Origin: Chiloscyllium plagiosum
Taxonomy: Eukaryota
Assembly: GCF_004010195.1 (NCBI RefSeq)
Contig: NC_057719.1
Coordinates: 64,235,218-64,299,217 of the forward strand
Length of the DNA stretch: 64,000 nucleotides
Reading direction: 5' to 3'
Within the stretch, counting starts at the first letter, position 1. Each line of letters begins with the position of its first letter. Shown here piece after piece: positions 50,601 to 62,600 of this stretch. The position numbers and the translations under genes are program-made. The notes beneath the pieces were generated by a model. That model made no database searches. It had not been told where the DNA came from and was given only the letters and a program-made list of their open reading frames with translations.

Positions 50601-53600
50601 GGACAGTATGAGCAATCACCAATCTAACTGTGTTTTCTTCATCATAGATCCATTTGCAGAAGTCAAAATAGGAAATTCCTTTATAATCCTGCAACAGACC
50701 CCATCACAACTTTTTGCTCATTTACTTTTCGAGAAACCAACTTCACCTGATCGGTATGAGCAATGATTTCAATAATTGTTCTCGTACTCAATGTGCAAAA
50801 CATGAACGATCGTGTTTTTACATGGTGTTTATTGTTTCCTTACTTATCCTGTATTGGTCTGATCATACCATATTTAGGAATGCAAATAGGCCATTCAGCC
50901 TCTCGAACGCATTCTATCATTCAGTTAAATCAAGGCTGACCTGTATCTTAATACTATTTACCTGCTTTGGTTCCATATCCCTTAGTAACTCATACATAAC
51001 AAAAATGTATCAATCTCAGTTTTGAAACTTAGAATTAATAGACAGAGCAATATTTTTGGTGTAAGAATTCTAGATTTCCATCACTCTTTGAGTGAATGTG
51101 CTTTGTGTCATTGCCTTGAACAGACTGACTTTAAGGTAATTTCCAAATGTTCTGGGCTCCTCTACCCGAGGGAATAATTTCTGTTTACCTGTATATGATG
51201 GCTTTCCACCAATATCCCTATCCTCAGTGGGGCAAATGGGAGCCCAGCACGTGAGTATAAAGAACCAATTCGAGTCACTCCAAATGATACCAGTAAATGG
51301 CTGAGGTTACCGGACAGTGCAAAAGCCATGGGCCTTTGCAGCATTCTGGAAATAATACTGACGATCTATGTTCCAGAACTGGCTACATTCCTACCCAAGC
51401 TGTTTCAGCACATTTGCAATGTCGGTAGGTGCCAAATTGACAAACCCAACCTAATCAATTATCACCTCATCACCACTTTTGTTCAGTGTAATTGGGGAAC
51501 GGCTAGCAATGCCCACAGCCCTTGAAAGAACAGAAGAAAAAAGCTTATAGAATCCTTTAATCATAAATATCTCAGATCACTTTTGAATAAGAAAGATTAA
51601 AAGGTGTACAAGCCTGGTCCTTTTAAACTGTCATCTGAATTGTCTCTGAATGTCTTATCATTCTGTTGAATCTGGGCTTTATCGCTTGTAAAGTTAATAT
51701 ATCCTTTCTGTGCTTAAAACTGAACTTGTGGTCCAAGTGCTCAGCTCTCAGGCACTTGAACTCTTGCAAAGATGTGCATAAGTAACCTGGGATGATTCTC
51801 TAACATTTCTTTTTCATTTTCCAAGCAAATACTACTTTTGGGCAGTTAACTGACATATGTTGTACTGTGAATTATAAATGTGATTACAAGAGCATTCTGT
51901 CTACCATTTAGATACAGACATCTATTTTGAAGCTTTTTGTTAATGGAATAACATTGTAAATTCTAATGCATTGACTGTGAAATGCATTAGGTTTCATGGA
52001 AGGCACTACCTAAATGCAGGATTATTCATTTTTAAAATTCAGTTGTTATACTTTTTGCACAGGATAGGTTTCAGAAGCTTTTTTTCTCTGACGTGAGGAA
52101 AGATTGAGAAACTTAAGCAATTCAGTCTTGGAGAAACAAATGTCTTTTTATAGGGTTTCACAGATGACAAATAGGATGGGAAGTTATCACAGAGTTCTAC
52201 TTCAGAAGGAAGCATGTCAGTGCAGTCAGAGGTCACAAATTCAAAGTAATGAAAAGAAAGTTTAGTTGTGGCAAACTTATGAAATGCATTTCCAGATTTG
52301 TTCATGGATGTAGCAGCCCTGAAGCAATCTTAGAAATTTTTGATTGCTGGTTCTTTATACCTGAATGACTATGATGGGCTGTTAGTTTTTCTTCAAGATT
52401 AGAGTGGTGCTGGAAATGCATAGCAGGTCAGGCAGCATCCGAGGAGCAGGAAAATCGACGTTTCAGGCAGGAGCATCAGGAATCCTTCTTGACCATAGGT
52501 AGCTTTCAGTCTATTTGTCTGTTTTGTAAATTAAAAGAGGCATGTCAAAAACCAAGTGTCAATTGATTTATTCCATTACTATTTTAAGAGGACGATAATT
52601 TTTGGTAACTATATTAAATTCTGTCAGTGTCCAAATGCAGAGTTATTAAACATGTGAATTTGCGAATGGGGATAAAGAAACCTTCTGGGTCTGCTCCACT
52701 ACTCAATAAAATCATAACTGATCTAATTTTAACCTAAATTCTGCATTCCTGCATACTCTCAATAAAGAAACTTGCTGTTTGGTTTCCATAATCAGAGAAA
52801 ATAATTGTATTTCAACATTATACTTAGCCTGTGTACAGCACTCAAAATATCCAGTGACTTGAAGGTTAAATGAGCACATTATGAATTTGACTGAGTATCA
52901 TAATTTGGTAGTTGGTGTATTTTTAATGGTTACTTTAAATTTATTCTTTAGGTTATTCATGTTGCTGCAGAAGGAAGAATTGAACTTGAGTGTACAACAA
53001 ATTATTATTAGGTGCTGCTGTGAGCATCTTCCTCTTTGGAAAACCAGGAGATTCAGCCATTGTCCGACATTCCTCAGAGAAGTGACTGAACTGATTAAAG
53101 GACAGTCAGAGCACTGCCTTCCTGATTTGGGAATCATCTTTCCAAGTTCATTCCATCTTACAGAAGAAAATTTAAAAGATGAATCTTCAGATTCTTCCTT
53201 GGGACTGTATTCTCTTCTTCCATCTGCACTAAATTTCATCAAGTCTCGTTCAAAGTTGCTCGCAGTTCTTGTCTGTTTAACAGCTACACAAGGTCAAAGG
53301 GCGCTTAAGCACAGTCTGTCATGGAAGAATCGTTTGAGTGGTCGCACAGAGGTACCACTTGACATGGAACAGATCTCCAAGGAGTGTGAACAGTTAATGA
53401 AGGAATTTCCAATCCTTGAGCACTTTCTTTATACAATGGCTGAACCTTTACGTGGAACCCATGAAGAAACTGCCAGTCTTCAGGATTCTCTGTGTGGTAA
53501 CCCGTGCACTACCCTTTTGTTAGCGGGCCTTCATTCTGAAATAGCTGTAAGCGCACTCACTGAAATCTTCAGGCAAGTCTTGTGTGATGGTCACTGGCTC

Positions 53601-56600
53601 AAAGCATTGAAAATTCTTGACTTGTATGGTGATGAAAATGAAGAGTTTGAGAAGCTGAAGGATATCCTGCTCAGCTTTGCAGTTGTGGGAGGTAAGACTA
53701 CAGTATGTTCACAATGACTGTGAATTGTCAGGTTCACAATACGTTTAAGTCTAACTTGAAAATTTACATAATTTATTGGGAAAAGTAAAATTGTTTGTGG
53801 AATATGTGAATTAGCGGTGTGTCTTATAGTCAAAGATTAGGCAGACTCAAGTTGTTTTTACTGGAGTTAGAACAATGAGGGATAATTTGAATAAGTTGTA
53901 TAAGATGTTGAATGGTTTTGACAAGGTGGATATTGAAAACATTACCTCTTTTGATCTCTTCACTGAGTTCCTTCTACGTTGCCAAAGGCCATTGATACAT
54001 TTTTTATATAAAAGGTTAAGGAACCTCCTGACAAAAAAATACTCAGGCTTTTATTTTTAGTGACATCAATAGCGTTCTTTCTCATATTTAATTTCTTTTG
54101 TGTTATTAATTAACACCCCACCAAAATATGCCATTTCTTTATGTATCCATTTGAGTTAAAACATCTGAATATCTGCCTACCTGCTTATGTCAATGAAACT
54201 TCCTTTGTTTACTTTAGTGAGCACTCCTGAGTGTCTATTGTTGTAATTCACCCTTCTGCCAGTGGAGACACTGCAACACCACTATTAGCATAACAGCTAC
54301 GAATTTATGTAGGCAGTTTCCATTGCAAGTGAACTTGGAATTGTGTGAAAATAAAGATAGAATATATGAATATAACATGAGGTCTGCGTTGTGCCTGCTA
54401 TCCCTGCTTCAGTTATTTTGTGACCTTCAGACATACTTGAGGCTACATTTGGCTTTGAAATCTCATGCGGTATTAGATTAGATTAGATTACAGTGTGGAA
54501 ACAGGCCCTTTGGCCCAACAAATCCACACCGACCCGCCGAAGCGAAACCCACCCATACCCCTACATTTACCCCTTACCTAACACTACGGGCAATTTAGTA
54601 TGGCCAATTCACCTGACCCTGCACATCTTTGGACTGTGGGAGGAAACCGGAGCACCCGGAGGAAACCCACGCAGACATGGGGAGAACGTGCAAACTCCAC
54701 ACAGTCAGTCGCCTGAGGCGGGAATTGAACCCGGGTCTCTGGCGCTCAGCAGTGCTAACCACTGTGCCACCATGCCGCCCACGGTATCAACTAATAACAT
54801 ATTCAGATTCTTAGGTTATTTTGACTTTGTGTGAATTTTCACATTATAAATTCTAGTGTCCATATTTATACAGAAATTGACTGTAAATTTATAGTTCTGC
54901 AACCATGCCTTTCTGCCAGTGGAGATATTGCATGGTGTGATTGGCATGGTTCTCAATGCTTTGTAACCAAATGTTTAAAGCAGTCCCGAACATCAGCCGT
55001 TTTGCTGAAGTATTGAAGTCCCATCTGTCTACATCAGGTTGCCAAATGGGTACGTTGTGTGAACATGATGCATAAAAATAGCAGGATATTTTGCCCACAA
55101 AATTCTGCTATTTTCACACACCAAATATTGGCTATTCTTACCCATTTAGTCAATCATCTTTTAAATACTAGTGATAAAGTTGTTCACCTTTTAGTTATTA
55201 CCTCAGTTACTGAAGTTATTTGATGATTTCTGTTACATTGGCAGAGCAAGAAGGTTGGAAATATCTGTTCCGCATGAAAAATGCAATTCTAAGAGCTCAG
55301 CTTGTTCTCCACTGCTCAGAGAAGTGGCCACTTGGTGCTTGTCTTGACGTTCTGTTGTATTGTTTAAGTGATCCCAGTACAGATGAAAGGGAAATTAAGT
55401 CCAATCTATGCAGAAAGAAGGAAGAACTTCAGGTTTATGAGAAGGTTTGTGGCATTCATTTATCATCAATTGATGTGTTAATATGAAGAATATCTGATAG
55501 ACAGGATCATTGAAAATTATTGACCAAATGATGCTCGATAATGGAATTTGTTTCAAGTATTGTCACAGGATGGCTTATTTTCCATGGTTTACTTCTTAAC
55601 TGTTGCACATACTTGTAAGTAGGAACAAAATCATTCTTAAGATTTTTTTTTCTGCAGTAACATTTCTCGTGAAGTGGGTCCTTCTTGATTGACAGAGAAA
55701 CCTCAATTATCGGAACAAGATGGGCGGGCACTATTTTGTTCGGATAATTGATTATTCGGTTAATTGATTCAATGCCTCCCCTCTGGGGCTCGGAGTTTTC
55801 TGTTGAGTCTGTTCCCTGTTCAGGAGATGAGGCAGCAGCAGACCGCGTGTGAGCACCCCTCCCAAACCAGTTCAAAGCTGCCACCCCACCTGCCTCACAA
55901 CACCGTCCAACACTGCCCCCTTCCCCCCAACTCTGACCAACCCAGCCGCGCCCCCCCCTCCTCCCGCTTCGCTGACTGGACACCAACAATAAGACTGCCG
56001 CTGCCTTTTGGGAGTTGAGTCTCCAAATCACTGTAAACAAAAGACGCCATCAGTGTTGGAAACATGTCTTTGGTGTAATGTTTGTATCAAGTTTTGAGGT
56101 CTCCTTTGGATAATTGATATTCGGATAATTGAAGTTCCTCTGTCCTTCAGGCTTTGTTACACCTGCATTATGGATGGTTAATAACACGTTAGCATGAGTT
56201 TTCTGGTCTGGGGACTCAACATGAGGACTCATGGATGTAATCTGTACATTTCTAATCACTTTAATTCACCTTTTTATCTATTATTTTGACTGATACTGCT
56301 ATGCACCTGTACTTTCTTTTAAATTCCCACGTTATATTGGTAGCGATTAAAGAAATGTATAAATTTATGTTGTGCTAATAGATCCATAGCACATTTTAAA
56401 AATGGTTCAGAATCTTACTAGTTTTATAGTTCAGAGTTTGGAATGTTTTTAACATGTGGAGAAACATTAACATAATTTACAGACATTAAGTCAAATATTT
56501 CTTATAAATTGTTGCGTATTGTATGTACAGTATGTAAATGCAAGTACTTTTTGAATGGCAATGTCGCTAGTGGGTTGCATGATAGATGTATGCCTCTGAG

Positions 56601-59600
56601 GGGATAATGAAAAGATTCACAGAGTTACAGTCAAAGTGCAATCAAGGAGTATTTACAATAGAAAGGTACCTTGATGAGAGACTAGGGAAGTTGGAATTGT
56701 TCTCTTTGTGCAAGGAAAGTAAAGGAGAGATTTAATGGAGATTTAACTCTAAACGTGAATATTAAACAACTATTCACAAATCTAAGCCCCCCTTTCACTT
56801 GCTTATTATCTGCCTCCAACTCTATAACAATATGCTTTTCCAATAAGACACCGATTAAAATTATATCAGCTTAATTTCAAAATCACACAGCAACTGTCGT
56901 CTTCTGGCTGAAGATCTCCCTGTGTGGATTGTCTTTCTTTTTACTGCGAGTACGTTTCATGTGAAAAAGTACCTTCGATAGAGAATGTTTCTTAATTTCT
57001 TGGAGAGCAAGACGTTAGCTATCCATACGTTTGTGTCTCGATGGCAATTACTCTCTGACCAACTTTCAAAAGATCTGCATTTTATATCCCCCAACATCGA
57101 ATTGCCTCATTGGTTCGATGTTGGCAAAACAATAAATTCAAGCTTGATTGGATTTTAGTATCCTAGAGCATAATTTAAATTGATTGATTAAATTTGAATT
57201 GCTGTCAAAACAGCAACCAAAACTCAGTTATCCATTTCATAGCCAAATGCTACAATATTTTCAATTTTCCAGTACACACTCGGACTGCCATCTGGTCATA
57301 TACACAAGTGTTTGTGACCTCTCAGTTCAGAACAGCATTCACTCTCTTTTAAAGGTACACACCTTCAACTTCATAACACAGCCAAGTTGGTTATCAGAGG
57401 ATTGGATTCACGTACTGAATAGTGGCGCCCTAAAATATAGTTGCTCGCACATAATATGCATTAACCATGACCTCGCAGAGGCCCTGTGCTCTCAAACTAT
57501 CAAAGTAAAGTCATCAATTCAGTATAAGTCTCATGTTTAATTGGTTTGGTTGATGGACAGAAAGGTAGAAGGAAATACACTTTCTTAATCCATCTCTTTC
57601 TTTACTCTTTAGGCTTCTCAGAGGTAAAAATCAATGAAGATTGAAAACATTTTGGCAAATTTCCCTTAATTTTCCTTGTGAGCCTGTTGTGTTTTCAAGA
57701 TGCCTACAATCTTAAGTACAATTCAAAACGCAATGGTCAACTTATTTTGCTTTTGAAATTCGTTTGAAGGATTGGCGATCCTTTTGACAGCCTTTTAAAT
57801 TTATCTCTGATCTGTCACTTTGAGTTTGAAAAATATATGATATTATACAATACTTCTTGCAAATGCAAACATCCAATACTTTTCTACCCTTTTCCCCCAT
57901 GATTTAAAGCTGTTCGATGTTTACAGCAGCTGGTGCTGAAAAGAAGTTTTTCAGTCTTTCAGTTTCTTTTTCTTAATGTATTTCACCTAATCTATTCTCC
58001 CAAACAACAATGGTTTTTAATCCTGCAGTGTCAATACTTTTAATTAAACTTTGCACTTTTAGGAATTATTCCTGGGTTTCTAGTCCAACATTTAGTTTCC
58101 TTCAACTTTCCGTACTTAAATTTTATATTGAAGCTTTAAAATACTTCAGGTGAATGGGTGAGCAAGATTTTGGTTAGGTAGCCTGGATGAAAGGCCACAA
58201 GAATGAGTGAAGCAGTTCCCAAATGGGGTGTCAAGATTATTGAGAAATTAGAAGGTTAAGCGCAAAGGTTAATTGAGGAAGACTTAAAGCTGCCTTAGCA
58301 ACTGGACCTAAATATTTGTAAAGTGATAATGATAAGGTGGAGTTGCAAGCTGTACCAGAAAGGGTACAAGAAAGAAATCAAAACTAAAATAGATGAAAGG
58401 CAATATGGATGAAAGTTTAACTGGAAGGAGAGTTCTAAAATTGAGAATTGGGAAAACCTGCTCCATAGCTCCTTCAGTTAGCAGGAATGGGCATTTATCA
58501 GTAATAAACCAGGAGAAGTGTTATATTTTCGGTATCATTTCAGATACTGTATGGGCTAAATATGAAGAGGAAGTATTTTTAAAAAAATGAAAGTCACCAC
58601 GCATCTGAAGATGCTGAGGGAAATAACCATGCAAATTAAAGAAATATATATTTTTCAATTCTCTTTCAGAGTGGGAATGGAGAAAAATGTATTGTCAATG
58701 CATTATTCCACAGAACTTGCATAGAATGTACAGCACAGAAACAAGCCATTTTGCCTAACTTAATATTGATGTTAATGTTCCATACTGGCTCTATCTCTTT
58801 TCTGATCTTAAAGTAGGATAAAAGGTCGGCACATCATGGAGGGCTGAAGGGCCTGTACTGTTCTATGTTCTATCTGTCCTGCTACCTTCAGTGATTTAGA
58901 CACTCATAACTTCAGCTCCTTCTGCTCTTGCACACCCTTTAGAATAGTACCCTTCATTTTATACTGTCTCCATGTTCTTTGTACCATTGTATCACCTTTC
59001 ATTTCTCTGCATTGAAATTCATCTGCCCCTTACCTGCCTGTCAACTTGTCAATTTTGTTTATGTACTGTTCTCCTCTCAATTTACAGCACTCCCAGGTTT
59101 CGAGTTGTTGGCAAAGATTGAAATTGTCCTAAGATCTAGATTGTCTTTGAAGGAAAGCAAGAATCCTAAATACTGACTCTTGTTTGACAGTTCAAAGTTG
59201 AAAACCAAGTATAATGTTATGTTTTAATGCGTGCTTTTATTCCAAAACATGCTGTCAATCTGTTGTAAATTGGTATTGAAATTCTTAAATGGAGTTTATC
59301 TTGATAGATCCTTAACTTGGGATCTCCAGTACCTTGGTCTGGCTGGCAGGAGCTACGGATTGAATCCAGTCAGAATCCACAGGCTGTGATGGATGTCATT
59401 TTGCAGGCTGGAGTAAGTGAAATGTTTTTGGATGTGATTCACATTGCCATGAGAAATGTCAAAGAAAGCCACTGAACTAGCCAATTGGGGACTTTAAAAA
59501 AACTTTGAGAAATTGTTAGAGCCAATTTAGTCTTCAATCATCAGAAAGATAATAAGGAGGAGATACAGAAAGACAGCCCCACAACTGAACCGGGGAAATT

Positions 59601-62600
59601 CTCATTGTTTAACACGCAGAATGTGGAAGGGATCTCGCACTAAGATTGAAGAGACCAAAGTTTGTCAGGATTTGAAGGAACTTTGCCCTAAAGGCAATTA
59701 TCTGTAATGTGGCCATCATAGTGAAAGCCAGTTCTGGGAACAGAAGTTATCCAGCAGAGAAGGGTGAAAGGAAGCTGGCTCATGAGAGTGGAGAGCGAAT
59801 TGAGATTTGTTTCTGGAGGATAGGTGTCCACTTAAGAGGAAGTGTAAAGTAAAGAGATTTTGTTGTTAAAAGCTAAATGGAGAATTTCTTAAAAGTTACC
59901 TACAGAGTAGTATTTATACAATGCTCTTCATTTGTTACAACAAAACTCTTAAAATATGAAATCTTGTCCTGTGATCCTTCAGTCACTGAAAGTTGAGATT
60001 ATTTTTTAAAAGCCTCTTGGAGAATCCTAGCAGGTTTAAGAGTAAATCACGGAAAATATAAGTAATTACAATGCCTGCTAACTGCGAGGGAAAAAAATTG
60101 AGTGCACTAATGGCAGGTGTGAGTGTTGTTAAAGTTGGAAAGAAATGAGACACGTTTGGTATAAGAGCTATCAAAATGTACACCAACTATCAGATGAGTG
60201 CCTGATTGTGAAGATTGAAATAGTAGTTAGACCTGAAAGCAATTCAGTTACTCACTTATTGGTGAAATGTAATTCTTTCTAAACCTCAATTTGCCAGAAT
60301 CCCAAACCTAAGTAATGTTACTGTGGTTATATGAGGTTCCATTTTATGGATTGGGAATTATATCAAAATAAATTCTATCTTTGATTAGCTTACTCCTGCT
60401 CCAATTTCTTTTGTTCTTGTCGGGCAGAACAGCCATGATCTCATTGAATAATGGGGCAGACTTGCTGGGCAGTGGATCTACACCTTTTATTTATTATGTT
60501 TTAAATTCATGTTAGTGTTCAACAACTGACTTGCACCTGGAATGAAAGTGTTGTCCAGTGAAATGTTCTATTATTTTGCATGTACATTGGATTCTGTTCA
60601 CTAAGATCTTGATAAATTGTCATGCGCAGGAGTTTGAGCTTTGTGAGGCTTGGGTCCAGCTGCATCCTGTGTCGGTGGACTTTACAATGAAGCTCAGGCG
60701 TGAATATCTCCTTCACTTGCTTGAGAAAGGAGATGGAGAGCGAGCATTCCAGGTAAGTGCTAAATAGAAACATAGCATTATTTGTTGGGTTGTGATGAAT
60801 GTGAGGTATCAGTAAAGCACTTTGTACGTTGTAATATATTTCCTATCAATCTCCAACTGAAAAGGCTGGTTTGGTCTGACGGTTTCGATACTCTGTACTT
60901 TTACCTCCTACATCTGCTACTATTATTTCCTCTTTAAGTCATAGATATCACTTTCACTGTTTTTAATGTTGATCCCTTATGATGACTAAGTTCAAAGAAA
61001 AATGGGGGGACCATTTAAAATAGTTACCAGTCCTTGTATTCAGACTTTGATATCATCGGTACTTCTGTTTAATTGCTGCATTAAGGCAGATGCTACTAGC
61101 TACATTAATCTCTAAATTATTATTGGCTCCCTAAAGACTGACATTTTGACATTGTTTGCAAACGTTCTCAAAAGCTGAACAAATAGAAAATGCTGATGAT
61201 TCTAGCACTGAAATTCTGAGCTTTAATAATTATATGTTGGTCCATGTTTCAGCAAATGTATTGGAGTTTCATCTGATTCATTTCCTTCAAATTGAATGAT
61301 ACCTGTAATTAAATCTGAAAATTCTGGCAACGTTCAATAGTTCTAGCATTATGTGCAGAGAGAAACACTGTCAATGTTTCGGGTCACTCTGATGAAAGGT
61401 TACTTGTTATTTGATAATTGTATTTTTCTCTCCAAAGTTGCTGCCTGACCTGCTGAGTGTTTTCAATAATTTCCTGTTTTTATTTAAGATTTCCAGCATC
61501 TAATGTATTTGCTCATGTATTAGGATGGAACTGTACTGTTGTTACAATGTATGCCTGTTGACTTGCTGGCTGTAGTTAGTTTTCAACTGAATTTTCTGTC
61601 TCTTTTTACTAGATATTGAATTATTACATGACTTTTTAACAGTTGGATTTTATTTTGTATATTAATCTAAGTATTGCTTTAGTTGTGTCAAAACTGTTGA
61701 CTCTTGTACAGAGCAGCATTGCTGGGCATATGTAGAGATAAATGGAAATGAGATATATATATATATATCTATTCATTTTAAAATTATAGTGTGTCCCTTT
61801 GATGACCTAGTTTTTTTGTCCCGTACATTCTGACCCATAAAGGATCGGCTTCCAGGTTAACACTCTGAATTGTAGAGTAAGCTGGACGTGGGGAGAGAGT
61901 GTGGTTTGCTGCATTTGGCTTGATTGTTAAGATGGTGAAAATGTCTTGGGAAGCCTGAGTGTTTTTTTTAGCTACTTGGCAAACTACAGTATTGGCAATG
62001 TTTGCATGACAGTGATTAAGGACAGGGTTGTGTTCAAGAGCTGCTGTTCAAGAACAGCCTACTGTTGCTCTTTGTCAATATTCCCTTGAACCAATCAAGG
62101 CAGTTGACTTTTGGAACTGTGTAACATATGTAATTAATATCTTGGGAGGGTAAATTGTTGGAGAAGAATAACTTAAAAAGAAAACTTCTGAATTAGGGGA
62201 AAATGTTATTCCATTTTAAGAAGAATGCTGTGTTAATCTATTTGTACTTCATAGATACTGACCATTTTTGATTGGTGGTATTAAACTGTGTTTGCCTTCT
62301 TGGTGCATTGGTTGATGAGTCTCCAGGTTTTAGTTTTTAAAATGTGCCAACTGATCCAAAATTAGTTGCTGTCTGTGGAAGAGGATTCTAAATGTCTGTG
62401 GACCTTTGCAGAAATTCTACCTTATTTCACTTCTGAAATATTTTTGCCGCATATCCTTGACACCCTATTTAGCAGAAATAGTTTCGCTCTATCTGTCTTG
62501 CTAGCTCCTCTAAATATCTTTAAAGTTCCAATCAAATCACTTGTCACCATTTAAATTCAAGGGATGCAGTCCTAATTTGTCTCTTGTAATTTAACCATTG

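Noticed and set aside
55507..56040. 177-aa minus-strand ORF and local GC-rich patch
   Set aside because: Lies in the interior of a non-autonomous DNA transposon; no transposase motifs seen.
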